NCBI RefSeq assembly: GCF_009914755.1 | Contig: NC_060937.1 | Source of the DNA: the human T2T-CHM13v2.0 reference genome, Homo sapiens | Length of the DNA stretch: 64,000 bases | Strand: one strand, 5' to 3' | Shown here: piece after piece, positions 14,799-28,200 of the stretch | How positions within the stretch are numbered: position 1 is the stretch's first letter | Layout of the letters: every line of letters starts with the position of its first letter | Notes under the pieces: generated by a model | Told to the model about the DNA's origin: nothing | Database searches by the model: none | The model's input: only the letters and a program-made list of their open reading frames with translations | Translations under genes and position numbers: made by a program

Positions 14799-15348
14799 TG
14801 TTAGAAGCATTCGAACCAGAGTAACTCCATCTTGAATAGGAGTGGGTAAAATAAGGCTGAGATCTATTGGGCTGAATTCCCAGGAGGTTAGGCATTCTAA
14901 GTCACAGGATGAGGTAGGAGGTCGGCACAAGATACAGGTCATAAAGACCTAGCTGATAAAACAGGTTGCAGTAAAGAAGCCGGCCAAAACCCACCAAAAC
15001 CAAGATGGTGATGAGAGTGACCCCTGGTCGTCCTCACTGCTAACCTCCCACCAGTGCCATGACAGTTACTAATGCCATGGCAACATCAGGCAGTTACCCT
15101 ATATAGTCTAAAAAGAGGAGGCATGAATAATCCACCCCTTGTTTAACATGTCATCAGGAAATAACCATAAAAATGGGCAACCAGTAGCTGTCAGGGCTGC
15201 TCTGCCTACGGAGTAGCCTTTCCTTATTTCTTTATTTTCTTAATACACTTGCTTTCACTTTACTCTGTGGACTTGCCCCAAATTCTTTCTTGCTCAGGAT
15301 CCAAGAACCCTCTATTGGGGTCTGGATCTGGATGCCTTTCCGTTAACA
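14799..15348 (+). mobile_element. MER41A-like ERV1 solo LTR
   Basis: TGTTAGAAGCATTCGAACCAGAGTAACTCCATCTTGAATAGG...CTTTCCGTTAACA, 550 bp; flanks TGTG/TGTA. Confidence 0.9.
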
Positions 15349-15443
15349 TGTATATATATATTTGCCATATATATGTCAAATAGTAGTAAAAGACTTAAGA
15401 CAAATGATGGGATTCAGGACATGTCCTGAATTCTCCTATGACT

Positions 15444-15995
15444 TTAGGAGACCAGAAACATGCCACCCCCAAATATGCCTCTTTAGCATGAGGATTATTT
15501 TGAGCTGATTATTTTGAGAAACTGCAGCAGAGGAGAATCTCTGAAAACAACAGTAGAAGTTACCCTTTTGTAAGGAAAGTTTATGTCTATAAAGGAGATC
15601 TCCATACATAAGGGTGTCTTCCTGTCTGCAACAGGAAGAGAAGAATGACTCTAAATCACTAGAAACTCTTATCAATGAAAAAGGCATGGATTTAAATCTG
15701 CATCGCAAACCTCACCCTGGTTTCAGGTGCTTTCCTGGCTGTCTCCTCGTAACTGGCCTTCTCCATACCCTTCCCTCTCTGTTTTAGCAAAGGATGGTTT
15801 TTAAGCTTGAAGTCAAAGCTACCTATTTGAGATCTGCTCTCAAGAATTATTCATTCCCTGGCTATCTCCCTTGTATACATGAGATATACATATTAATAAA
15901 CTTGTTTTTTTTCTCTTATTAATTTCGGTACAGGGGTCTGTCCTAACAAAAAACTCAGAAAAGGTAGAGAAAAAATTATTTTCTCCTCCCCTACA
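15444..15995 (+). mobile_element. MER34-family ERV1 LTR
   Basis: GGAGACCAGAAACATGCCACCCCCAAATATGCC...AATAAA...CTCCCCTACA. Confidence 0.8.
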
Positions 15996-16296
15996 CACAA
16001 ATAATGGTGGTTTCTTGCTTCACATTTCTGTCTTTCTGTCTCCTTATTCCTGTTCCTTGAAGGCAACCTCTTTTAACCTTCTAAACCCTTTCTATTTTTT
16101 TCTGGTATTTAACTCCATATTTCTAAGGAATATACACATATTGCTATTTCCCAACTTGTCAGTTCCAGACAGTAGCTATTGTTGTTCTATTATGGCAGAT
16201 GAAGATTTAGCTGTCTTAACATTCTCCACCTTATTTCTCCTCCCTCCCCCAGCTACTAATATAGTTATATCACAATTTTTAAATTAAATTTGTATT

Positions 16297-16378
16297 TGTA
16301 ACCACCCCATGAGTTCTTCTTGCCCACTACCCAGTTAGAGCCAATTTATTATGACAGGGGAATTGCAATAGGAAAAGT
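16297..16378 (-). mobile_element. LTR8-group 3'-terminal fragment
   Basis: Reverse complement resembles 6780-6860 (TGTAACCACCC...GACAGGGGAATTGCAATAG). Confidence 0.75.
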
Positions 16379-16504
16379 GTGTAGAGTGTTAATAAACTCT
16401 AAGGCATTATGCACATGTTAATTGGAATTTGCAGTGAATGGGTAGACCTGAGAGCTAGTGGCTCAGGAGGGCCCCACATTTTGGAGATGGAGTGCAAGGA
16501 TAAA

Positions 16505-17282
16505 GGATACAGACAGCAAACAGGGAAATACTAGGTAGAAGAGGGTGGCTCCCTGGCAAAAGCCCCACCCTCAATCTTGGAAACCTTCAGTCCTACGTGG
16601 GAACAGGTATTCCTGTTTTCACACCCAAAAGTTGCCTTTTGGCCCACCACACCCACCTATCCTGTACCCTTATAAACCCTAACCCCAGGCTCCACAAGCA
16701 GACAAACAGAAGAGCAGAGAAGGAGAGAAGAGAAGGAGCTTCTTAATGTCAAGAGGAGCTAGGCTGGGGACAGTAGGAGAGGAGATTGGCCACTGCATGG
16801 CCAAACTCCAGGTGACGATCATCTTCCCATTCCATCCCCCTTCCAGCTCCCCATCCATCCCACTGAGAGCCACCTCCACCACTCAGTAAAACTCCCACGT
16901 TTGCCATCCTTTAAGTCCAGGCGTGACCTTATTTTTCCTGGACACTGGACAAGAGCTCGGAATACAGAAAACTGTCACACTGGCCCTCTGCCCTTGCAAA
17001 AAGGCAGAGGGTCCACTGAGCTGTTTAACACTTAAGCCATCCATGGACAGCAAGGGTGAAAGAGCGCACTGTAACACATGCCCACTTGGGCTTCGGGAGT
17101 CACAGGCACCCACCCCTAGATGCAACCATGGGGCCGGAGGCCAAAAGTGCTTGCCCCAGCTCCTACACCTGCCTGTCTGCATGTTCCTGCTCCCATAAGG
17201 GGTTTGAGAGCAAGATGGCCAAATGGATGAGCCACACCCATCACACGTCCTGCAAGGGGGGTCAGGGAACTCCCCCGTTTCA
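16505..17282 (+). mobile_element. LTR1-family ERV1 LTR
   Basis: CAGGGAAATACTAGGTAGAAGAGGG...TATAAACCC...GGTCAGGGAACTCCCCCGTTTCA. Confidence 0.82.
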
Positions 17283-17331
17283 TTTGTACTTCCAATTGCC
17301 TGCTCTTTCCACAACTCCCTCTGAATGTTTG

Positions 17332-17929
17332 TGTTGGGAATCAGAACATGAGAACCTCAAGTATAGCACTTTGGTATGCTGAATACTTTGCACTGAGGGA
17401 GATTGGAAGGGCCTCAGAAGCAAGATGTTCTTTCTGAGCTTCTCCCACTCTCCTTTCTCTTTCTTTCATTTCTTTCCCACAGCAGGTCATAGAAACTAGA
17501 ACCCCTCTTTCCCAAAGCAAACCATAAACCTAAAAATGTCAGTCTCTGACCTTTCTTCTCCCCTTAAAACTCTCATTTGACAGGTGATCCTGCCTTATCC
17601 TGGAGAAAGAAATGTTATGCAAGAGGCCAAGAAGAAGCTAAACAAACAAGCCATGATGGATTCCCATCTCAGCTTATTACCATTGGGACATGTCCTTTTT
17701 GTCCAATCACATTTCTACATGGCAGTACAGTCTTCATCAAACCTAAGCATTAAAAAAAAAGTTTTCTCTGGGTCTTTGGGTCTTTTGTTTCGGAAGGCTC
17801 CTGTATTACATAAAACTTTGTTAAATAAATTTGTTATACTTTTTTCTTGTGAATCTGTCTTTCATCATAGGGGTGTTAGCTGGGGACCTTGCAATGAGTG
17901 AGGACAGGCATTACCGTTTCACCCCTACA
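17332..17929 (+). mobile_element. MER39/MER31/MER34-group ERV1 solo LTR
   Basis: TGTTGGGAATCAGAA...AATAAA...CCCCTACA; flanks TTTG/CTTG. Confidence 0.78.
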
Positions 17930-18419
17930 CTTGCTACAGACTATGGTTAGGCTACCAGGACACTCAGTTGCCCTTTGTGGAGGAAGCAAGGATGAATCAA
18001 CATGTGTAGAATAGGACTCCCTCCAAGAAGTACAGATGTGCAGCTGGCAAGTCTTCAGCTCACCCCTTTCAAGCAGGGTGACCAGGATGCCAAGGTGTAG
18101 TCATGGGGAGGAGTGATCAGAAGGTAAGTACAACTGAGAAAATTACAACTGGCTAGCACTTTGTCTCAAGAAAGAATGTGCCAACCAGCAGATCTCCAGA
18201 GTGAAAGGGAGGTCAAAGAGCAAAATGTCAGTGTTTTCAATACCACCCAATGAAGAAGATGCCAGTCAGGAGTCGGGGGCATGGCCTTAACATCTGCTTG
18301 GCAGCTGCATTCTCTTAACAGAGTTGGTTGTATCACTTCATATAAGCTTTTCAATAGCAACAGGGCAATAAAACAAAATTTATTTGTCCTAACTTTGTGC
18401 TGATTAAAGAACTCTTCAA

Positions 18420-18540
18420 GTATTCATTCTTTCAACAAACACCCATTGAGAACCTAGTATGTGGCAGGCACTCTTTTAGGAGCCTGGGATATAGCAGTGA
18501 ACAAGACAGGCAACGCCTGCCCTCATGGAGCCTATCTTCT
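18420..18540 (-). mobile_element. L2 3' end fragment
   Basis: CATTCTTTCAACAAACACCCATTGAG...GTGAACAAGACAG...CCCTCATGGAGC. Confidence 0.8.
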
Positions 18541-19634
18541 ACGAAAAAATAACTCTCTGTGTGATTATTCACTGTGCTAGGGGTTGGAGTGACATAATAA
18601 GGGCCCTATATGGACTCACAGTTAAAGGAGGTGGCTTCCCAAATTATATTATTTTTCCTTAGGGAGAGAATGGTTGAATTAGCCAGTTCAAATACTCAGT
18701 CCCTTTGGCATATTGTGAATTAATTAATAGCATGCTGGTATTTTGTGAATTTAGTTAGCTTGAGGCAGTTTCCAACACTCAACTATGAATGCACTGTAAA
18801 GATTGGGTTTCTAGACCCAAACAACTAGACTAGACCCTGGAAAGTGCTGACATCATGAAATTAATTTTCCTGAGACACACTACACCTGCATATCCTTCCA
18901 GAACTTCTCTATTGCATCCTTCTCTCTTTCTAACCTCAACAGAGATGTCATCAACAATCATACTACCTCTTGCAAAGTATTTGTGGGAATAGACAAGAGC
19001 GAGCCATTCACAAACTCATTCCTGAACTATTTCTTGAGACCTATTAAGGTGCCAGACACCATGTTCATGAGAATGCAGCAGCTGTCTCCCCACAGGAGCT
19101 CATAGTCTTCAGATGGGGGGTGGGGGTGGTAGAAAGCTCTGTTGTGGGATGGAGTTGAATTTCAGTCCTGGATGTGCTACTTAATGACATCATCTGTAAT
19201 CAAGAAACGAGCCTAGCTGAACTCTTGGCTTCCTGGTTTAATATTTCTGTGTCAGGAAGGTATGTGGTGGGCCTCTTGGAAGAGTGACAAAGAGGGAAAA
19301 CAATACATAGTTTAGCAGAGAAGGGGAGAGGAGGAAGGATGATGTGTGGTTTTGCTTTTTCTGTATTTTTCCACCAGCAGAAACCTTAATATTTTCCAGC
19401 AGCACAGGCGAGTCACTGTGCAGGGAATTCGCCACAGAGCACTGCCCCCTTTGCCAGCAACACTGAGCTCACGGAATGGCAGATAAACCTAGATAAGCTG
19501 AGCCAGTCTTTCAAGCCCAGGCAGCACTTCTCCAAGGAGCATCATGAGCTCAGCTGGAGGTCCCTGGGTAGAAATAACCTGGAATTTGTATGAGTGCTGA
19601 GCTCTGTGGGGCCTTTCTGCCCCTTTCTTCAGGA

Positions 19635-19872
19635 TTTTTTTTTTTTTTTTTTTGAGACAGGGGGTTGCTCTGCCACCTAGGCTGGAGTGCAGTGGTACAA
19701 TCATAGCTCACTGTAACCTTGAACTCCTGGGCTCAAGCAATCCTCCCACCTCAGCCTTCAGAGTATCTGCATATGTTGCCATGGCTGGTCTCAAACTCCT
19801 GTCCTCAAGTGATTCTCCCACCTCCGCCTCCTAAAGTGTTGGCATTAGAGGCATGAACCACTTTGTCTGGCC
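19635..19872 (-). mobile_element. AluJ with internal deletion
   Basis: Right arm joins left arm at about 19770 without the A-rich linker. Confidence 0.9.
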
Positions 19873-20094
19873 TGAAATTGCATTCTTAGCATCTAGACGG
19901 AGATGGAGAACAGCCTCTTCAAAAACAGCATTTTCTTTTCTCTCATTTACTGCTCCCCTTAAATTCCATTTTCTCAAAGGACATGTAGAGTGGGAAGGGT
20001 CCTTTTGCTTGAAGAGTAACCTCCCAGCAATCAGCCCCCTTCCTGTACTCTGGCCTCCTCCAAGCATTATAGCAAAATAAATGTTTTATTTGGT

Positions 20095-20350
20095 TTATTC
20101 ATTTATTCATTAATAATTATTTATTAAGATCATACTAAGGGCCAGGTTCCAGATTTTGGGATTCTGTGGTGAACAAAAGATAACAAGCCCTGTCATCACG
20201 GAGCTTATTTTTTTGTGGGAGAAAGATCATAAACAAAAAAACATATAATATCTGGTTGCAATATGTGCTATGAAATGATATAAAGTGGGCAGGAGATTGA
20301 GGGAGTGATATTGTAGGAGGCCACCTGATTAGGTAATCAGGGAAGGCCCT
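20095..20350 (-). mobile_element. L2 fragment
   Basis: ATTCATT..TATTTATT..GTGAACAAAAGA..CCCTGTCATCACGGAGCTTA..CAGGGAAGGCC. Confidence 0.72.
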
Positions 20351-20550
20351 AGGCCTCCTCTGGTGATGTGGGGGCTGGGTCTTTATGAATAAATTTTTCC
20401 AATTTTCAAACCTTAACTCTTTAAATGCCAAAAAGTTTATTCTTACTTATTTTGACCCGAATTACTTTAAATTCATTGTACATAGGAATCCAGAATAATC
20501 TAATCTTGTTTTAAAGATTCAGGATCATTATTGGGAACACCAATATATGC

Positions 20551-20764
20551 CAGGGGTTCTCAAAGTGTGGACTCTGGACCAGCAGCATCAGCAACCCCTC
20601 AACCTGGAGACTTGTTAGAAACGCAGATTCTCAGAAATGTAAGTGCAGACTTCACCCTGGACATGCTGCATCTGAAACCCTGGGGGTGGAGCCCAGCACT
20701 CTGTGATTTAACACGCCCTCCAGGTGCTTCTCATGCATGCTCAAGTTTGAGAAGGGCCACTCTG
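20551..20764. mobile_element. MER5A hAT-Charlie element
   Basis: CAGGGGTTCTCAAAGTGTGG..GACCAGCAGCATCAGCA..GTTAGAAACGCAGATTCTCAG..AAGTTTGAGAA. Confidence 0.85.
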
Positions 20765-21234
20765 CTCTGAGGTGTGCCCTTGAGGGCGGTGGAGGCAGGT
20801 AGCCTCTCTGCCCATCCTCGGCAGACTGCTTTGCTCCCTGAGTTTCTGCCTACTTCCTGTGGGTTCTGCCTCACTGTGGGTTGTCAATGTTTATCCCTCA
20901 CTGCTGACATTAGTATGTCTCTGTCTAATTTGTGTCTCCTTCTAATTTGCTGCTTCTAATCACCTCTGAGAAACCAGATCCCCAGCCATAAATTCATTAT
21001 GTAGAAAGTAGGAATAAATTCCAGTGCTGCTGGCACCCATGTTAATACTTTGGTCTTTCGCCCTCAAGACATTCAGCATAATGGAAAGAACAGACTTGAA
21101 TTTCAGTCTAGAATTCCACCAATGTGGGGATTCTGCAGGCTGCTGAGTAAGTCTATTCCAATTATGCATTCTAGAAATGGGGAAATAACCACAGGATGGG
21201 TTCAGGGACCCGCTGGGTCTACTATGAGGTGGAC

Positions 21235-21755
21235 GTAGTCAAACTCCATTGTCGGGGATTTGCAGAGAAAAAGACTGAGAGAGAGAGAGACAGAGTGAGA
21301 GAGAGACAGAGAGAGAGAGAGAGACAGAGAGAGAGAGGAATGAGGAATTTATTATTAGGAATTGGCTCACACAATAATGGAGGCTGAGAAGTCCCACAGT
21401 CTGTCATCTATAAGCTGGAGACCCAGGAAAGCTGGTATTGTACTTCAGTCTACGTTTGAAGGCATGAGAATCAGAGGTACCGATGGTGTAAATCCCAGTT
21501 CAAGAGCAGAAGATGAGATGAGATGTCCCAGTGAGGCAGAAAAAAAAGGGGCAAATTCCTCCTTGCTCCACATTTTGCTTTATTCAGGCCCTCAATACAT
21601 TGGAGAATGCCCACCTGCATTGGAGAGGGCCATCTATATTGAGTTCACCGATTCAAATGCTAATCTCATCCAGGAACAATCTCATAGACACACGCAGAAA
21701 TAATGTTTATCTGGGCACCCTGCAGCCCAGTGGTTAGCATGTAAAATTAACCATC
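21235..21755 (-). mobile_element. MLT2-family ERVL LTR containing a (GA)n tract at 21277-21337
   Basis: GGAATTGGCTCACAC..GGAGGCTGAGAAGTCCCAC..AAATTAACCATC. Confidence 0.85.
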
Positions 21756-22204
21756 CCCTCACCTAACAGCCATAATCCCCTACTGTGACTGGCAGACCAC
21801 AGTAATATTTTGGGTCTCCTGAAATTAGTATCAGTTCAAAGCCAGTGTCCAGTCATCCTTGAAACAATCTGATTATTTCTTTTTCCCCAGTGCACAGTTC
21901 CTCTGATAAAAGGCTGCAGGTCCCTTTGGGGATGACTGGGAGAAAGATAAACGGTATACATTTTTGGCAATGTAGCAGAGTCCTTCCTCAGGGGACCTGG
22001 TGTCCCCTTTTATTGCTTGTATGACCTTGGCAGAGTTGGAACCAGAATTGCCTGGCACCAACGAAGTGCTCAACAAGTGCTAGTTCTTTTCTTCTGGGGT
22101 GGGAGAATGATAGGGGAAGGAGACAATTAACCTACATGATTTTTTGCATGAATAATTGCTTTTTAGAAAAATCTCTAAATATTTACCTTTATTTATTAAA
22201 AAAC

Positions 22205-22545
22205 AGTTTTAAATATATTTGAGATATAATCACATATCATACAATTCATTCATTTAAAGACTACAATTTAATGACCATCACCACAATCAATTTTAGAACA
22301 TTTTTATTATCCTAAAAAGTAACTTCACATCCCTTAGGCATCATCCCCCCTCCATAATCCTCCTTTTCCCCCCTTGTCCTAGGCAACCACTAATCTATGT
22401 TTTTACTCTACAGATTTGACTATTCTGGACATTTCATATAAATGGAATTATCCAATATGTGATCCTTTGTGATAGACTTTTTCCACTTACCATAATGTCT
22501 TCAAGGTTCATTCATGTTATACAGCATCAGTATTTCATTTCTTTT
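22205..22545 (-). mobile_element. L1MB 3' end (host element; continues at 30659-30757 and 31747-32925)
   Basis: GGCAACCACTAATCTA..CTGGACATTTCATATAAATGGAAT..TCAAGGTTCATTCATGTT. Confidence 0.85.
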
Positions 22546-23157
22546 CAAAAATTTTTAATTTTTAATTTTTGTGGGTATATAATAGGTATATATATATTTA
22601 TGGGTCACATATGATATTATGATACAAGCATGCAATGCATAATAATCACATCAGGGTGGATAGGTATCCATTACCTCAAGCATTTATCCTTTGTGTTACA
22701 AACAAAGCCAATTATACTCTTAGTTATTTTAAAATGTAAAATTAAATTATTTTTTACTATAGTCATCCTGTTATGCTAGCAAATACTAGGTCTTATTCAT
22801 TCTTTCTATTTTTTGTACCCATTAACCTTCCCCACTTCTCCCCTACAGTCCCCAACCCCCCAACCCCAAGTACTCTTCCCAGCCTCTGGTAACCATTTTT
22901 CTACTCTATATTGCCATAAGTTCAATTGTTTTACTTTTTATCTCCCACAAAAAGTGAGAACGTGTGAAGTTTGTCTCGCTGTGCCTGGCTTATTTCACTT
23001 AACTTAATGAAATTCCAACCTCCAGTTCCAACCATGTTGTGCAGATGACAAGATCTCATTCTTTATTGTGGCTGAATAGTACTCCATTGTGTATATGTAC
23101 CATATTTTCTTTATCTGTTCATCTGTTGATGGACACTTAGGTTGCTTCCAAATCTTA

Positions 23158-23496
<339 letters not shown>

Positions 23497-24924
23497 AAGT
23501 GCAGATATCTCTTTGATATACTGATTTCCTTTCGGGTATATACCTAGGAGTGTGATTGCTGGATGGTGGGATAGCTCTATTTTTAGTTTTTCAAGAAATC
23601 TCCAAACTGTTCTTCATAGTGGTTGCACTAATTTACATTCCCAAGAGTGCACGAGGGTTCCCATTTCTCCACATCCTCTCCAGCATTTATTATTGCCTGA
23701 CTTTTGAATAAAAGCCATTTTAACTGGAGTGAGACATCTCATTGTAGTTTTGATTTGCATTTCTTTGATGATCAATGATGTTGAGCACCTTTTCATATAC
23801 CTGTTTGCAATATGTATATCTTTTTTTGAGAAATGTCTATTCAGATCTTTTGTCCATTTTAAAACAAATTAGTAGATTTTTCCTACAGAGTCGTTTGAGT
23901 TCCTAATACATTCTGGCTATTAATCCTTTGTCAGGTGGGTAGTTTGCAAATATTTCCTCCTATTCTTGTCTCTTCACTTTATTGATTGTTTTCTTTGCTG
24001 TGTGAAAGCTTTTTAATTTGATGTGATCTCATTTGTTCAGTTTTTTCTTTGGTTGTCATAGTTTGAGGTCTTAGATTTAAGTCTTTAATCCATTTTGATT
24101 TGATTTTTGTATATAGTGAGAGATAGGGGTCTAGTTTCATTCTTCTTCCTATGGATGTCTGTTTTTTCCAGTATCATTTATTGAAGAGACTGTCTTTTCC
24201 CCACTGTATGTTCTTGGCACCTTTGTCAAAAATGAGTTCACTGTAGATGTATGGATTTATTTCTGGGTTCTCTATTCTGTTCCTCTGGTCATTGCGTCTG
24301 TTTTTGTGCCAGTACCATACCATTTTGATTACTGTAGCTCTGTAGTATAATTTAAAGTCAGGTAATGTGATTCCTCCAGTTTCATACTTTTTGCTTAGGA
24401 TAGCTTTGCCTATTCTAGGTCTTTTGTGGTTCCATATAAATTTTAGGATTGTTTTTTCTATTTGTGTGAAGAATGTTATTGGTATTTTGATAGAAATTGT
24501 ATGAAATCTATAGATTGCTTTGGGTAGTATGGACATTTTAGCAATATTAATTCTTCCAATCCTATGACATGGAATATTTTTCCATTTTTTGTGTGTCCTC
24601 TTCAATTTCTTGCATCAATGTTTTATAGTTTTCAATGTAGATATTTTTTACTTCTTTGTTTAAGTTAATTGCTAGGTGTTTTATTTTATTTGTGGCTATT
24701 GTAAATGGGATTACTTTCTTGGTTCTTTTTCAGATTGTTTGCTGTTGATATATAGAAATGCTACTGATTTTTATATATTCATTTTGTATCTTGCAAATTT
24801 ACTGAATTTGCTTATCAGTTTTAGTGGTTTTTTGGTGGCGTCTTTAGGTTTTTCCAAATATAAGATCATGTCATCTTAAAACAAGGAAAATTTGACTTCT
24901 TCCTTTCTAATTTGGATGCCCTTT

Positions 24925-25220
24925 CTTTCTTTCGTTTTTGAGATAGAGTTTCGCTCTGTCACCCAGGCTGGAGTGCAGTGGTGAGGTATAGGCTCACTGG
25001 AAACTCTGCCTCCCGGGTACAAGCAATTCTCCTGCCTCAGCCTCCCAAGTAGCTGACATTATAGGCACCTGCCATCACACCTGGCTAATTTTTGTATTTT
25101 AAGTAGAGATGAGGTTTCACCATGTTGGCTGGGCTGGTCTCAAACTCCTGACCTCAAGTGATCTGCCTGACTCAACCTCCCAAAGTGCTGGGATTACAGG
25201 CATGAGCCACCATGCCTGGC
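24925..25220 (-). mobile_element. AluS in L1
   Basis: Antisense dimer; TSD TGGATGCCCTTT. Confidence 0.96.
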
Positions 25221-28200
25221 TGGATGCCCTTTATTTTTTTCTCTTGTCTAGTTCCTCTAGCTGGGACTTCCAGTACCGTGTTGAATAACATTGGTGACAG
25301 TGGGCATTCTTGTCATGTTCCCAATCTTAGAGGAAAGGGTCTCAGTTTTTCCCCATTCAATATGATACTAGCTGTGGGTCTGTCAAATATAGCTTTTATT
25401 ATTTTGAGGTATGTTCTTTCTATATCCAGTTTTTTGACGGTTTTTTTTTAATCATGTCAGGATGTTGAATTGTGTCAAATACTTTTTCAGCATCAATTGA
25501 AACAATCATATTGTTTTTGTCCTTCATTCTGTTGATATGATGTATCACATTAATTGATTTGCATGTGTTGAACCATCCTTGCATCCCTGAGATAAAGCCC
25601 ACTTGGTCATGATGAATGACCTTTTTTTTATTGTGTTGTTGAATTCGGTTTGCTAGTATTTTGTTGAAAGTTTTTGCCTCAATATTCATCAGTGATATTG
25701 GCCTATAGTTTTCTTTTTTAAAATTTGACTTCCTTGCGTTTTGGTATCAGAGTAATACTGGCATTGTAGAATGAGTTTGGAAATATTCCTCTCTCCTTTG
25801 TTTTTTAGAACAACTTGAGTAGGATTGGTATTTGTTCTTCTCTAAATGTTTGGTAGACTCCAGCAGCAACACCATTGGGTCCTGGGCTTTTCTTAACTAG
25901 AAGACTTTTTATTATGGCCTTGATCTAATTACTTACTATTAGTCTGTTCAGGTTTTGGATTTCTTCATGGTTCAATCTTGGTAGGTTGTGTGTCTCTAGG
26001 AATTTATCAATTTCTTCTAGATTTTCCAATTTATTAGCATATGGTTGCTCATAGTAGCCACTAATGATCATTTGAATTTCTGCAGTATCAGTTGTTATGT
26101 CTCCTTGTCCTCTCTGATTTTATTTTTTGGGGTCTTCTTTCATTTTTCTTTAGTTGGTCTGGCTAAAGATTTATCAGTCTTTTGTTTTTTAAAGTTTTTA
26201 TTTGATTGATCTTTTGTATTGTTTATTTATTTTCAAATTCATTTATTTCTGCTCTGATCTTTATTATTTTTTTCTTCTACTAATTTTGGGTTTGGTTTGC
26301 TCTTGATTTTCTGGTTCTTTAAGATGCATCATTGGATTGTTTATTTGAAGTTTTTCCTTTTTTTTGATGTAAGCACTTATAGCTGTAAACTTCCCTCTTA
26401 GTCTTTCCTTTGCTGTATCCCCTAGGTTTTGGTATATTGTGTTTCCATATCATTTGTTTCAAGAAATTTTTCAATTTCCTTATTAGTTTATTCATTGACC
26501 CACTGGTCATTCAGGAACATACTGTTTATTTTCTATATGTTTGTATAGTTTCCAAAATTCCTCTTGTTACTTATTTCTACTGTTATTCCATTGTTATTAG
26601 AGAAGATGTTTGACATTGTTTCAATTTTTTTGAATGTTTTAAGACTTGTTTTGTGACCCAACATATGGTCTATCTTCGAGAATGATCCATGCACTGAGGA
26701 AAATAATATGTATTCTGCAGCCATTGGATAAATGTTCTGTAAGTATCTCTTAGGTCCATTTGGTCTGTACTGCAGATTAAGTCTCATATTTCTTTGTTGA
26801 TTTTCTGTATGGACTATCTGTCTAATGCTGAAAGTGGGGGTGTGAAGTCTCCAGCTATTATTGTCTAGGTGTCTCTCTCTCTCTCTCTTTAGCTCTAGTA
26901 ATATTTGCTTTATATGTCTGGGTGTTCCAGGATTGGGTGCATGTATATTTGCAATTGTTATATCCTCTTGCTGAATTAACTCCTTGTGATTGTATAGTTA
27001 CCTTGTTTGTCTCTTTTTATAGTATTTGTCTGGAAATCTATTTTGTTTGATATAAAAGTATAGCTACTCCTGCTCTCTTTCGGTTTCCATTGGAATGGAA
27101 TACCTTTTTTCATCCCTCTATTTTCAGTCTATGTGTATCTTCATAGGTGAAGTATGTTTCTTGTAGGCAACAGATCATTGTGTCTTTTTTTAAAATCATT
27201 CAGACATGCTATGTCTTTTTATTGGAGAGTTTAGTCCATTTAATTCAATGTCATTATTAATAAGTGAGAATGTATTCCTGCCATTTTGTTATTTGTTTTC
27301 TGGTTGTTTTGTGGTATTCTTCTTTTTCTTTCTTTCTCTCCTGTCTTTGTGGAAGTTAAGTTGATTTTCTCTGGTGGTATGATTTAATTTCTTGCTTTTT
27401 ATTTTTTGTGTATCTGTTGTATGTTTTTTAATTTGAGGTGACTATGAGGATTCCAAATACTATCTTATAACCCATTATTTTAAGTTAATAACAACTTAAC
27501 ACTTTTTGCATAAACAAACAATTAAAAAGAAAGCTAAAAAAAATTCTATACCTTAATTTCATCCCCCTCCCCCAACTGTTTAATTTTTTGTTTTTTTTCT
27601 ACTTATATCTTATTTTACTGTCTATGTCTTGAAAAGTTGTTGAAGTTATTGTTTTTGATTGTTTCATCATTTAGTCTTTCTACTTAAGAGGAGTTTATAT
27701 ACTACAGTTATAGTGTTATAATATTGTTTTTCTGTTTACTTACTATTAGTAGTGAGTTTTGTACCTTCAGATGATTTCTTATTGCTCACTAATGTCTTTT
27801 TCTTTCCAATTGAAGTACTCCCTTTGGCATTTCTTGTAGGACAGCTCTGGTGTTGATAATAAAATCCCTCAGCTTTTGTTTGTCTGGGAAAGTCTTTATT
27901 TCTTCTTCATGGCTGAAGGATAATTTCACTGGATATACTATTCCAGGGTAAAAGTTATTTTCCTTCAGCACTTTAAATATGTCATGCCTCTCTCCTGGCC
28001 TGTAAAATTTCCACTGTAAAGTCTGCTGCCCAACATGTTGGAGCTCCATTGTATGTAATTTCTTTCTTTTCTCTTGCTGCTTTTAGGATCCTTTGTTTAT
28101 CCCTGATCTTTGGGAATTTGATTAAATGCTTTAAGGTAGACTTCTTTGGGTTAAATCTGCTTGGTGTTCTATAACCTTCTTGTACTTGGCTACTGATATC

